A stretch of 64,000 bases of DNA from Bugula neritina (Eukaryota; Animalia; Bryozoa), in NCBI GenBank assembly GCA_964035545.1, contig OZ037765.1:14766698-14830697 (forward strand). Direction: 5' to 3'. Made by a program: the position numbers and the translations under genes. The notes beneath the pieces were generated by a model. The model ran no database searches. It was not told the origin of the DNA and saw only the letters and a program-made list of their open reading frames with translations. Numbering within the stretch: the first letter of the stretch is position 1; each line of letters begins with the position of its first letter. Positions 1 to 16,280 of this stretch are shown here, one piece after another.

Positions 1-3000
1 TGCAACATACTGAAATACACTGTAACATATTGAAGTCCACTGCAACACATTGAAACATACTGCAACACACTGAAACATACGGCAACATACTGAAATATAC
101 TGCAACACATTGAAATATACTGCAACATAGCCAAATATAATGCAAGATACTGTAACATTCTGAAACACACTGTGAGATACTGAAAAACACTGTGACATAC
201 TTAAATACACTGCAACATACTGCAACATACTGAAATACACTGCAACACATTGAAATAAACCGCAACATACTTAAATATACGGTAACATACTGAAATATAC
301 TGTAACTCATTGAAAAACATTGCAACATACTTAAACATACTGAAATATGCTGTAGCACACTGAAATACACCGCAGTTCACTGAAAAATAGTGTAATATAC
401 GGAAATGTACCGTAACATACTGAAATATACTGTAACAGACTGAAATGTACTGTAACACACTGAAATATACTGCAACATGCTGAAATACACTGTAACATAC
501 TGAAATATACTGCAACATACTGCAACATACCGAATTACACTGTAACAAACTGAAATACACTCCAACATACTACAACATACTGAAATACACTGTAACATAT
601 TGAAATACACCGCAACACATTGAAACATACTCCAACATACCGAAATATATGGTAAACTACTGAAATATACGGTAACACATTGAAACATACCGCAAATTAC
701 TAAAATACACTGCAACACACTCAAGTATACTGTAATATATATAGAAATGTACTGTAAAATACTTAAACATACGACAACATACCAAAAAACATACTGCAAC
801 ATACTGAATTACACTGCAATATCCTGAAATATACTTCAACATACTGAAATATGCTGTAGCATGCTGTAATATACTGCAACACACTGTAATATACTGCAAC
901 ATACTGCAACATACTGACATACACTGGAACATACTGAAATACACTCCAATATACTACAACATACTGAAATACACTGTAACCTACTGAAATATGCTGTAGC
1001 ACACCGAAATATACTGCAACATACTAAAATATACTGCAACACATTGAAATATACTGCTGCATAGTCAAATATAATGCAAGATACTGTAACATTCTGAAAA
1101 ACACTGTAACATACTTAAATACACTGCAACATACTGCAACATACTGACATACACTGGAACATACTGAAATACACTCCAACATACTACAACATACTGAAAT
1201 ACACTGTAACCTACTGAAACATGCTGTAGCACACTGAAATATACTGCAACATACTGAAATATATTGAAAGTTACTACAACATACTGAAATACACTGTGAC
1301 ATACTGAGATACACTGCAACATACTGCAACATACTGCAACATACTGCAACATACTGAAATACACTGTAACAGACTGAAATGTACTGTAACACACTGACAT
1401 ATACTGCAACACATTGAAATATACCGCAACATACTGAAATATGCTGTAGCACACTGAAATACACTGCAACTCACTATAATATAGTGTAATATACAGAAAT
1501 GTACTGTAACATACTGAAATATACTGTAACATACTGAAATTTGCTGCAACATACTGAAGTACACTGCAACATACTGCAACATACTGAAATACACTGTAAC
1601 ATATTGAAATACACGACAACACATTGAAATATACTGCAACACACTGAAGGATACGGCAACATACTGAAATATACTGCGACACATTGAAATATACTGCAAC
1701 ATACCGAAATATGCTGTAGCATACTGAAATATACTGTAACACACTGTAAAATACTGCAACATACTGCAACATACTGACATACACTGGAACATACTGAAAT
1801 ACGCTGCAACATACTACAACATACTGAAATACACTGTACCCTACTGAAATATGCTGTAGCACACTGAAATATACTGCAACATACTGAAATATAATGCAAG
1901 TTACTACAACGAACTGAAATACACTGTGACATACTGAGATACACTGCAACATACTGCAACATACTGCAACATACTGCAACATACTGCAACATACTGATAT
2001 ACACTGTAACAGACTGAAATGTACTGTAACACACTGAAATATACTGCAACATGCTGAAATACACTGTAACATACTGAAATATACTGCAACATACTCCAAC
2101 ATACCGAATTACACTGTAACAAACTGAAATACACTCCAACATACTACAACATACTGCAACATACTGCAACATACTACAACATACTGAAATAAACTGTGAC
2201 ATACTGAGATACACTGCAACATACTGCAAGATACTGCAACATACTGAAATACACTGTAACCTACTGAAATACACTGCAACATACTACAACATACTGAAAT
2301 ACACTGTAACATTATGAATTACCCTGCAACACATTGAAAAATACTGCAACATATCGAAATATATGGTAAACAATTGAAATATACTGTAACACATCGAAAA
2401 ATACTGCAACATACTGAAATATACTGTAACACACTGAAATATACTGCAACATACTGAAATACATTGTAACATACTGAAATATACTGCAACATACTGCAAC
2501 ATACTGAAATACACTGTAACATACTGAAATACACTGCAACATACTGCAACATACTGAAATACATTGGAACATATTGAAACACACTACAACACATTAAAAT
2601 ATACTGCAACACACTGAAACATACGGCAACATACTGAAATATACTGCAAAACATCTAAATATACTGCTACATACTGAAACATGCTGTAGCATACTGAAAT
2701 ACACTGCTACACACTGAAGTATACTGTAATATACAGAAATGTACTGTAACATACTGAAACGTACGTCAACATACTGAAATGTACTCCAACATGCTGAACT
2801 ATACTGCAACATACTGAAATACACTGTAATATACTGAATTAAACTGCAACATACTGCAACATACTGAAATAAGCTGTACCATATTGAAATACACTACAAC
2901 ACATTGTAATATACTGCAACATACTGAACCATACGGCAACATACTGAAATATACTGCAAGACATTGAAATATACTACAACATAGTCAAATATAACGCAAG

Positions 3001-6000
3001 ATACTGTAACATCCGGAAAAACACTGTGACATACTGAAATACACTGCAACATACTGCAACATACTGCAACATACTGATATACACTGCAACACATTGAAAT
3101 AAACCGCAACATACTTAAATATACGGTAACATACTGAAATATACTGTAACTCATTGAAAAACATTGCAACATACTAAAACATACTGAAATATGCTGTAGC
3201 ACACTGAAATACACCGCAGTTCACTGAAAAATAGTGTAATATACGGAAATATACCGTAACATACTGAAATATACTGTAACAGACTGAAATGTACTGTAAC
3301 ACACTGAAATACACTGCAACATGCTGAAATACACTGTAACATACTGAAATATACTGCAACATACTGCAACATACCGAATTACACTGTAACAAACTGAAAT
3401 ACACTCCAACAAACTACAACATACTGAAATACACTGTAACATATTGAAATACACCGCAACACATTGAAATATACTGCAACATAACGAAATATATAGTAAA
3501 CTACTGAAATATACTGTAACACATTGAAACATACGGCAAAATACTAAAATACACTGCAACACACTGAAGTATACTGTAACATATAGAAATGTACTGTAAA
3601 ATACTTAAACATGTGACAACATACCAAAAAATATCCTGCAACATACTGAATTACACTGCAATATTCTGAAATATACTTCAACATACTGAAACATACCTAA
3701 AAACATTGAAATATACTGAAATACAGTGTAGGATATTGAAATACACTGCAACAATTTGGAATATACAGCAACATACCGAAGTATATGGTAACCTACTGAA
3801 ATATGTTGCAAACTACTGAAATATACTGCAACATACTGCAACATAATAAAATATACTATAACACACTGGAATAAACTGCAAAATACTGAAATATACTGTA
3901 ACATACTGAAACATACTGCAACATACCGAAATATACTGTAACATTCTGAAATATACTGCAAGATACTGCAATATACTGAAATACACTGTAACATACTGAA
4001 ATACACTGCAACATACTGCAACATACTGACATACACTGGAACATACTGAAATACACTGCAACATACTACAACATACTGAAATACACTGTAACCTACTGAA
4101 ATATGCTGTAGCACACTGAAATATACTGCAACATACTGAAATATAATGCAAGTTACTACAACATACTGAAAAACACTGTGACATACTGAAATACACTGCA
4201 ACATACTGCAACATACTGCAACATACTGGAATACACTGTAACATATTGAAATACACTGCAACATACTGCAACATACTGCAACACACTGAAACATACGGCA
4301 ACACACTCACATGTACAGCGACACATTGAAATATACTGCAACATACTGAAATATGCTGTAGCATACTGAAATACACTGCAACACACTGAAATATACTGCA
4401 ACATACTGCAACATACTGAAATACACTGTAACATACTGAAATACACTGCAACATACTGCAACATACTGAAATACACTGGAACATATTGAAACACACTACA
4501 ACACATTGAAATATACTGCAACACACTGAAACATACAGCACCATACTGAAATATACTGCGACACATTAAAATATACTGCAACATACTGAAATATGCTGTA
4601 GCATGCTGTAATATACTGTAACACACTGTATTATACTGCAACATACTGCAACATACTGACATACACTGGAACATACTGAAATACACTCCAATATACTACA
4701 ACATACTGAAATACACTGTACCCTACTGAAATATGCTGTAGCACACTGAAATAAACTGCAACATACTGAAATATAATGCAAGTTACTACAACGAACTGAA
4801 ATACACTGTGACATACTGAGATACACTGCAACATACTGCAACATACTGCAACATACTGCAACATACTGGAACATATTGATATACACTGTAACAGACTGAA
4901 ATGTACTGTAACACACTGAAATATACTGCAACATGCTGAAATACAGTGTAACATACTGAAATATACTGCAACATACTCCAACATACCGAATTACACTGTA
5001 ACAAACTGAAATACACTCCAACATACTACAACATACTGAAATACACTGTAACATATTGAAATACATCGCAACACATTGAAATATACTGCAACACACTGAA
5101 ATATACTGTAACACACTGTAATATACTGCAACATACTGCAACATACTGACATACACTGGAACATACTGAAATACACTCCAATATACTACAACATACTGAA
5201 ATACACTGTAACCTACTGAAATATGCTGTAGCACACCGAAATATACTGCAACATACTGAAATATAATGCAAGTTACTACAACATACTGAAATACACTGTG
5301 ACATACTGAGATACACTGCAACATACTGAGACATACTGCAACATACTGCAACATACTGAAATACACTGTAACATACTGAAATACACTGCAACATACTGTA
5401 ACATACTGAAATACACTGGAACATATTGAAACACACTACAACACATTGAAATATACTGCAACACACTGAAACATACAGCAACATACTGAAATATACTGCG
5501 ACACATTGAAATATACTGCAACACAGCTAAATATAATGCAAGATACTGCAACATTCTGAAATACACTGTGACATACTGAAATACACTGCAACATACTTCA
5601 ACATACTGCAACATACTGCAACATACTGAAATACACTGTAACATATTGAAGTCCACTGCAACACATTGAAACATACTGCAACACACTGAAACATACGGCA
5701 ACATACTGAATTATACTGCAACACATTGAAATATACTGCAACATAGTCAAATATAATGCAAGATACTGTAACATTCTGAAACACACTGTGAGATACTGAA
5801 AAACACTGTGACATACTTAAATACACTGCAACATACTGCAACATACTGAAATACACTGCAACACATTGAAATAAACCGCAACATACTTAAATATACGGTA
5901 ACATACTGAAATATACTGTAACTCATTGAAAAACATTGCAACATACTGAAACATACTGAAATATGCTGTAGCACACTGAAATACACCGCAGTTCACTGAA

Positions 6001-9000
6001 AAAAAGTGTAATATACGGAAATGTACCGTAACATACTGAAATATACTGTAACAGACTGAAATGTACTGTAACACACTGAAATATACTGCAACATGCTGAA
6101 ATACACTGTAACATACTGAAATATACTGCAACATACTCCAACATACCGAATTACACTGTAACAAACTGAAATACACTCCAACATACTACAACATACTGAA
6201 ATACACTGTAACATATTGAAATACATCGCAACACATTGAAATATACTGCAACACACTGAAATATACTGTAACACACTGTAATATACTGCAACATGCTGCA
6301 ACATACTGACATACACTGGAACATACTGAAATACACTCCAATATACTACAACATACTGAAATACACTGTAACCTACTGAAATATGCTGTAGCACACCGAA
6401 ATATACTGCAACATACTGAAATATAATGCAAGTTACTACAACACATTGAAATACACTGTGACATACTGAGATACACTGCAACATACTGAGACATACTGCA
6501 ACATACTGCAACATACTGATACACACTGTAAGAGACTGAAATGTACTGTAACACACTGAAATATACTGCAACATGCTGAAATACACTGTAACATACTGAA
6601 ATATACTGCAACATACTGCAACATACCGAATTACACTGTAACAAACTGAAATACACTCCAACATACTACAACATACTGAAATACACTGTAACGTATTGAA
6701 ATACATCGCAACACATTGAAATATACTGCAACACACTGAAATATACTGTAACACACTGTAATATAATGCAAGTTAGTACAACATACTGAAATACACTGTG
6801 ACATACTGAGTTACACTGCAACACCTTGAAATATAGTGCAACACACTGAAAGATACGGCAACATACTGAAATATACTGCGACACATTGAAATATACTGCA
6901 GCATACTGAAATATGCTGTAGCATACTGAAATATACTGTAACACACTGAAATATACTGCAACATACTGAAATACATTGCAACATACTGAAATATACTGCA
7001 ACATACTGAAATACACTGTAACATACTGAAACATACTGCAACATACTGCAACATACTGAAATACACTGTAACATACTGAAATACACTGCAACATACTGTA
7101 ACATACTGAAATACACTGGAACATATTGAAACACACTACAACACATTGAAATATACTGCAACACACTGAAACATACAGCAACATACTGAAATATACTGCG
7201 ACACATTGAAATATACTGCAACACAGCTAAATATAATGCAAGATACTGCAACATTCTAAAATACACTGTGACATACTGAAATACACTGCAACATACTTCA
7301 ACATACTGCAACATACTGCAACATACTGAAATACACTGTAACATATTGAAGTCCACTGCAACACATTGAAACATACTGCAACACACTGAAACATACGGCA
7401 ACATACTGAAATATACTGCAACACATTGAAATATACTGCAACATAGCCAAATATAATGCAAGATACTGTAACATTCTGAAACACACTGTGAGATACTGAA
7501 AAACACTGTGACATACTTAAATACACTGCAACATACTGCAACATACTGAAATACACTGCAACACATTGAAATAAACCGCAACATACTTAAATATACGGTA
7601 ACATACTGAAATATACTGTAACTCATTGAAAAACATTGCAACATACTTAAACATACTGAAATATGCTGTAGCACACTGAAATACACCGCAGTTCACTGAA
7701 AAATAGTGTAATATACGGAAATGTACCGTAACATACTGAAATATACTGTAACAGACTGAAATGTACTGTAACACACTGAAATATACTGCAACATGCTGAA
7801 ATACACTGTAACATACTGAAATATACTGCAACATACTGCAACATACCGAATTACACTGTAACAAACTGAAATACACTCCAACATACTACAACATACTGAA
7901 ATACACTGTAACATATTGAAATACACCGCAACACATTGAAACATACTCCAACATACCGAAATATATGGTAAACTACTGAAATATACGGTAACACATTGAA
8001 ACATACCGCAAATTACTAAAATACACTGCAACACACTCAAGTATACTGTAATATATATAGAAATGTACTGTAAAATACTTAAACATACGACAACATACCA
8101 AAAAACATACTGCAACATACTGAATTACACTGCAATATCCTGAAATATACTTCAACATACTGAAATATGCTGTAGCATGCTGTAATATACTGTAACACAC
8201 TGTAATATACTGCAACATACTGCAACATACTGACATACACTGGAACATACTGAAATACACTCCAATATACTACAACATACTGAAATACACTGTAACCTAC
8301 TGAAATATGCTGTAGCACACCGAAATATACTGCAACATACTAAAATATACTGCAACACATTGAAATATACTGCTGCATAGTCAAATATAATGCAAGATAC
8401 TGTAACATTCTGAAAAACACTGTAACATACTTAAATACACTGCAACATACTGCAACATACTGACATACACTGGAACATACTGAAATACACTCCAACATAC
8501 TACAACATACTGAAATACACTGTAACCTACTGAAACATGCTGTAGCACACTGAAATATACTGCAACATACTGAAATATATTGAAAGTTACTACAACATAC
8601 TGAAATACACTGTGACATACTGAGAAACACTGCAACATACTGCAACATACTGCAACATACTGCAACATACTGAAATACACTGTAACAGACTGAAATGTAC
8701 TGTAACACACTGACATATACTGCAACACATTGAAATATACCGCAACATACTGAAATATGCTGTAGCACACTGAAATACACTGCAACTCACTATAATATAG
8801 TGTAATATACAGAAATGTACTGTAACATACTGAAATATACTGTAACATACTGAAATTTGCTGCAACATACTGAAGTACACTGCAACATACTGCAACATAC
8901 TGAAATACACTGTAACATATTGAAATACACGACAACACATTGAAATATACTGCAACACACTGAAGGATACGGCAACATACTGAAATATACTGCGACACAT

Positions 9001-12000
9001 TGAAATATACTGCAACATACCGAAATATGCTGTAGCATACTGAAATATACTGTAACACACTGTAAAATACTGCAACATACTGCAACATACTGACATACAC
9101 TGGAACATACTGAAATACGCTGCAACATACTACAACATACTGAAATACACTGTACCCTACTGAAATATGCTGTAGCACACTGAAATATACTGCAACATAC
9201 TGAAATATAATGCAAGTTACTACAACGAACTGAAATACACTGTGACATACTGAGATACACTGCAACATACTGCAACATACTGCAACATACTGCAACATAC
9301 TGATATACACTGTAACAGACTGAAATGTACTGTAACACACTGAAATATACTGCAACATGCTGAAATACACTGTAACATACTGAAATATACTGCAACATAC
9401 TCCAACATACCGAATTACACTGTAACAAACTGAAATACACTCCAACATACTACAACATACTGCAACATACTGCAACATACTACAACATACTGAAATAAAC
9501 TGTGACATACTGAGATACACTGCAACATACTGCAAGATACTGCAACATACTGAAATACACTGTAACCTACTGAAATACACTGCAACATACTACAACATAC
9601 TGAAATACACTGTAACATTATGAATTACCCTGCAACACATTGAAAAATACTGCAACATATCGAAATATATGGTAAACAATTGAAATATACTGTAACACAT
9701 CGAAAAATACTGCAACATACTGAAATATACTGTAACACACTGAAATATACTGCAACATACTGAAATACATTGTAACATACTGAAATATACTGCAACATAC
9801 TGCAACATACTGAAATACACTGTAACATACTGAATTACACTGCAACATACTGCAACATACTGAAATACATTGGAACATATTGAAACACACTACAACACAT
9901 TAAAATATACTGCAACACACTGAAACATACGGCAACATACTGAAATATACTGCAAAACATCTAAATATACTGCTACATACTGAAACATGCTGTAGCATAC
10001 TGAAATACACTGCAACACACTGAAGTATACTGTAATATACAGAAATGTACTGTAACATACTGAAACGTACGTCAACATACTGAAATGTACTCCAACATGC
10101 TGAACTATACTGCAACATACTGAAATACACTGTAATATACTGAATTAAACTGCAACATACTGCAACATACTGAAATAAGCTGTACCATATTGAAATACAC
10201 TACAACACATTGTAATATACTGCAACATACTGAACCATACGGCAACATACTGAAATATACTGCAAGACATTGAAATATACTACAACATAGTCAAATATAA
10301 CGCAAGATACTGTAACATCCGGAAAAACACTGTGACATACTGAAATACACTGCAACATACTGCAACATACTGCAACATACTGATATACACTGCAACACAT
10401 TGAAATAAACCGCAACATACTTAAATATACGGTAACATACTGAAATATACTGTAACTCATTGAAAAACATTGCAACATACTAAAACATACTGAAATATGC
10501 TGTAGCACACTGAAATACACCGCAGTTCACTGAAAAATAGTGTAATATACGGAAATATACCGTAACATACTGAAATATACTGTAACAGACTGAAATGTAC
10601 TGTAACACACTGAAATACACTGCAACATGCTGAAATACACTGTAACATACTGAAATATACTGCAACATACTGCAACATACCGAATTACACTGTAACAAAC
10701 TGAAATACACTCCAACAAACTACAACATACTGAAATACACTGTAACATATTGAAATACACCGCAACACATTGAAATATACTGCAACATAACGAAATATAT
10801 AGTAAACTACTGAAATATACTGTAACACATTGAAACATACGGCAAAATACTAAAATACACTGCAACACACTGAAGTATACTGTAACATATAGAAATGTAC
10901 TGTAAAATACTTAAACATGTGACAACATACCAAAAAATATCCTGCAACATACTGAATTACACTGCAATATTCTGAAATATACTTCAACATACTGAAACAT
11001 ACCTAAAAACATTGAAATATACTGAAATACAGTGTAGGATATTGAAATACACTGCAACAATTTGGAATATACAGCAACATACCGAAGTATATGGTAACCT
11101 ACTGAAATATGTTGCAAACTACTGAAATATACTGCAACATACTGCAACATAATAAAATATACTATAACACACTGGAATAAACTGCAAAATACTGAAATAT
11201 ACTGTAACATACTGAAACATACTGCAACATACCGAAATATACTGTAACATTCTGAAATATACTGCAAGATACTGCAATATACTGAAATACACTGTAACAT
11301 ACTGAAATACACTGCAACATACTGCAACATACTGACATACACTGGAACATACTGAAATACACTGCAACATACTACAACATACTGAAATACACTGTAACCT
11401 ACTGAAATATGCTGTAGCACACTGAAATATACTGCAACATACTGAAATATAATGCAAGTTACTACAACATACTGAAAAACACTGTGACATACTGAAATAC
11501 ACTGCAACATACTGCAACATACTGCAACATACTGGAATACACTGTAACATATTGAAATACACTGCAACATACTGCAACATACTGCAACACACTGAAACAT
11601 ACGGCAACACACTCACATGTACAGCGACACATTGAAATATACTGCAACATACTGAAATATGCTGTAGCATACTGAAATACACTGCAACACACTGAAATAT
11701 ACTGCAACATACTGCAACATACTGAAATACACTGTAACATACTGAAATACACTGCAACATACTGCAACATACTGAAATACACTGGAACATATTGAAACAC
11801 ACTACAACACATTGAAATATACTGCAACACACTGAAACATACAGCACCATACTGAAATATACTGCGACACATTAAAATATACTGCAACATACTGAAATAT
11901 GCTGTAGCATGCTGTAATATACTGTAACACACTGTATTATACTGCAACATACTGCAACATACTGACATACACTGGAACATACTGAAATACACTCCAATAT

Positions 12001-12350
12001 ACTACAACATACTGAAATACACTGTACCCTACTGAAATATGCTGTAGCACACTGAAATAAACTGCAACATACTGAAATATAATGCAAGTTACTACAACGA
12101 ACTGAAATACACTGTGACATACTGAGATACACTGCAACATACTGCAACATACTGCAACATACTGCAACATACTGGAACATATTGATATACACTGTAACAG
12201 ACTGAAATGTACTGTAACACACTGAAATATACTGCAACATGCTGAAATACAGTGTAACATACTGAAATATACTGCAACATACTCCAACATACCGAATTAC
12301 ACTGTAACAAACTGAAATACACTCCAACATACTACAACATACTGAAATAC
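1..12350 (+). repeat. Higher-order tandem duplication, 7316-bp unit (1-7316) plus partial second copy (7317-~12350)
   Basis: Private variants recur at +7316 (GAAGTCCAC...CATAGCCAAA at 1-140 and 7317-7456). ORFs 201..560 and 7517..7876 are identical, as are 377..802 and 7693..8118. The offset becomes 7306 after loss of one TGCAACATAC (5 copies at 1945, 4 at 9261), e.g. 3605..4306 = 10911..11612. Confidence 0.93.
5345..7920 (+). repeat. ~1700-bp internal tandem duplication (partial second copy)
   Basis: GAAGTCCACTGC at ~5648 and ~7348. ORFs 5527..5856 / 7227..7556 and 5817..6176 / 7517..7876 are near-identical at +1700. Confidence 0.82.
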
Positions 12351-13149
12351 ACTGTGACATACTGAGTTACACTGCAACACCTTGAAATATAGTGCAACAC
12401 ACTGAAAGATACGGCAACATACTGAAATATACTGCGACACATTGAAATATTCTGCAGCATACTGAAATATGCTGTAGCATACTGAAATACACTGTAACAC
12501 ACTGAAATATACTGCAACATACTGAAATACATTGTAACATACTGAAATATACTGCAACATACTGAAATACACTGTAACCTACTGAAATACACTGCAACAT
12601 ACTGCAACATACTGAAATACACTGTAACATATTGAAGTCCACTGCAACACATTGAAACATACTGCAACACACTGAAACATACGGCAACATACTGAAATAT
12701 ACTGCAACACATTGAAATATACTGCAACATAGTCAAATATAATGCAAGATACTGTAACATTATGAATTACACTGCAACACATTGAAAAATACTGCAACAT
12801 ATCGAAATATATGGTAAACAACTGAAATATACTGTAACACATCGAAAAATACTGCAACATACTGAAATATACTGTAACACACTGAAATATACTGCAACAT
12901 ACTGAAATACATTGTAACATACTGAAATATACTGCAACATACTGCAACATACTGACATACACTGGAACATACTGAAAGACACTGCAACATATTACAACAT
13001 ACTGAAATACACTGTAACCTACTGAAATATGCTGTAGCACACTGAAATATACTGCAACATACTGAAATATAATGCAAGTTACTCCAACATACTGAAATAC
13101 ACTGTGAGATACTGAAATACACTGCAACATACTTCAACATACTGCAACA

Positions 13150-16100
13150 TACTGTAACATACTGAAATACACTGTAACCTACTGAAATACACTGCAACAT
13201 ACTACAACATACTGAAATACACTGTAACATTATGAATTACCCTGCAACACATTGAAAAATACTCCAACATATCGAAATATATGGTAAACAATTGAAATAT
13301 ACTGTAACACATCGAAAAATACTGCAACATACTGAAATATACTGTAACACACTGAAATATACTGCAACATACTGAAATACATTGTAACATACTGAAATAT
13401 ACTGCAACATACTGCAACATACTGAAATACACTGTAACATACTGAAATACACTGCAACATACTGCAACATACTGAAATACATTGGAACATATTGAAACAC
13501 ACTACAACACATTAAAATATACTGCAACACACTGAAACATACGGCAACATACTGAAATATACTGCAAAACATCTAAATATACTGCTACATACTGAAACAT
13601 GCTGTAGCATACTGAAATACACTGCAACACACTGAAGTATACTGTAATATACAGAAATGTACTGTAACATACTGAAACGTACGTCAACATACTGAAATGT
13701 ACTCCAACATGCTGAACTATACTGCAACATACTGAAATACACTGTAATATACTGAATTAAACTGCAACATACTGCAACATACTGAAATAAGCTGTACCAT
13801 ATTGAAATACACTACAACACATTGTAATATACTGCAACATACTGAACCATACGGCAACATACTTCAAATATACTGCAAGACATTGAAATATACTACAACA
13901 TAGTCAAATATAACGCAAGATACTGTAACATTCGGAAAAACACTGTGACATACTGAAATACACTGCAACATACTGCAACATACTGCAACATACTGATATA
14001 CACTGCAACACATTGAAATAAACCGCAACATACTTAAATATACGGTAACATACTGAAATATACTGTAACTCATTGAAAAACATTGCAACATACTAAAACA
14101 TACTGAAATATGCTGTAGCACACTGAAATACACCGCAGTTCACTGAAAAATAGTGTAATATACGGAAATATACCGTAACATACTGAAATATACTGTAACA
14201 GACTGAAATGTACTGTAACACACTGAAATACACTGCAACATGCTGAAATACACTGTAACATACTGAAATATACTGCAACATACTGCAACATACCGAATTA
14301 CACTGTAACAAACTGAAATACACTCCAACAAACTACAACATACTGAAATACACTGTAACATATTGAAATACACCGCAACACATTGAAATATACTGCAACA
14401 TAACGAAATATATAGTAAACTACTGAAATATACTGTAACACATTGAAACATACGGCAAAATACTAAAATACACTGCAACACACTGAAGTATACTGTAACA
14501 TATAGAAATGTACTGTAAAATACTTAAACATGTGACAACATACCAAAAAATATCCTGCAACATACTGAATTACACTGCAATATTCTGAAATATACTTCAA
14601 CATACTGAAACATACCTAAAAACATTGAAATATACTGAAATACAGTGTAGGATATTGAAATACACTGCAACAATTTGGAATATACAGCAACATACCGAAG
14701 TATATGGTAACCTACTGAAATATGTTGCAAACTACTGAAATATACTGCAACATACTGCAACATAATAAAATATACTATAACACACTGGAATAAACTGCAA
14801 AATACTGAAATATACTGTAACATACTGAAACATACTGCAACATACCGAAATATACTGTAACATTCTGAAATATACTGCAAGATACTGCAATATACTGAAA
14901 TACACTGTAACATACTGAAATACACTGCAACATACTGCAACATACTGACATACACTGGAACATACTGAAATACACTGCAACATACTACAACATACTGAAA
15001 TACACTGTAACCTACTGAAATATGCTGTAGCACACTGAAATATACTGCAACATACTGAAATATAATGCAAGTTACTACAACATACTGAAAAACACTGTGA
15101 CATACTGAAATACACTGCAACATACTGCAACATACTGCAACATACTGGAATACACTGTAACATATTGAAATACACTGCAACATACTGCAACATACTGCAA
15201 CACACTGAAACATACGGCAACACACTCACATGTACAGCGACACATTGAAATATACTGCAACATACTGAAATATGCTGTAGCATACTGAAATACACTGCAA
15301 CACACTGAAATATACTGCAACATACTGCAACATACTGAAATACACTGTAACATACTGAAATACACTGCAACATACTGCAACATACTGAAATACACTGGAA
15401 CATATTGAAACACACTACAACACATTGAAATATACTGCAACACACTGAAACATACAGCACCATACTGAAATATACTGCGACACATTAAAATATACTGCAA
15501 CATACTGAAATATGCTGTAGCATGCTGTAATATACTGTAACACACTGTATTATACTGCAACATACTGCAACATACTGACATACACTGGAACATACTGAAA
15601 TACACTCCAATATACTACAACATACTGAAATACACTGTACCCTACTGAAATATGCTGTAGCACACTGAAATAAACTGCAACATACTGAAATATAATGCAA
15701 GTTACTACAACGAACTGAAATACACTGTGACATACTGAGATACACTGCAACATACTGCAACATACTGCAACATACTGCAACATACTGGAACATATTGATA
15801 TACACTGTAACAGACTGAAATGTACTGTAACACACTGAAATATACTGCAACATGCTGAAATACAGTGTAACATACTGAAATATACTGCAACATACTCCAA
15901 CATACCGAATTACACTGTAACAAACTGAAATACACTCCAACATACTACAACATACTGAAATACACTGTAACATATTGAAATACATCGCAACACATTGAAA
16001 TATACTGCAACACACTGAAATATACTGTAACACACTGTAATATACTGCAACATACTGCAACATACTGACATACACTGGAACATACTGAAATACACTCCAA

Positions 16101-16280
16101 TATACTACAACATACTGAAATACACTGTAACCTACTGAAATATGCTGTAGCACACCGAAATATACTGCAACATACTGAAATATAATGCAAGTTACTACAA
16201 CATACTGAAATACACTGTGACATACTGAGATACACTGCAACATACTGAGACATACTGCAACATACTGCAACATACTGATA
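13150..16280 (+). repeat. Third copy of block ~2235-5360 (offset 10918/10919; 3612/3613 from the second copy)
   Basis: ORFs 2284..2514 / 9590..9820 / 13202..13432 match, as do 3605..4306 / 10911..11612 / 14524..15225. Shared variants include GAATTACCCTGC, AACATGTGAC and CTCACATGTACAGCG. A 1-bp gain at ~13864 shifts the offset. Confidence 0.9.

Noticed and set aside
2757-2767. ACGTACGT palindrome (and similar short motifs such as AGATCT and TATATATA) as regulatory sites
   Set aside because: These are short motifs produced by substitutions in the repeat and propagated by block duplication. There is no gene context.
13861-13870. Singleton ACTTCAAATA 1-bp insertion as a meaningful site
   Set aside because: It is unique among three paralogous copies and could be a recent mutation or a consensus error.
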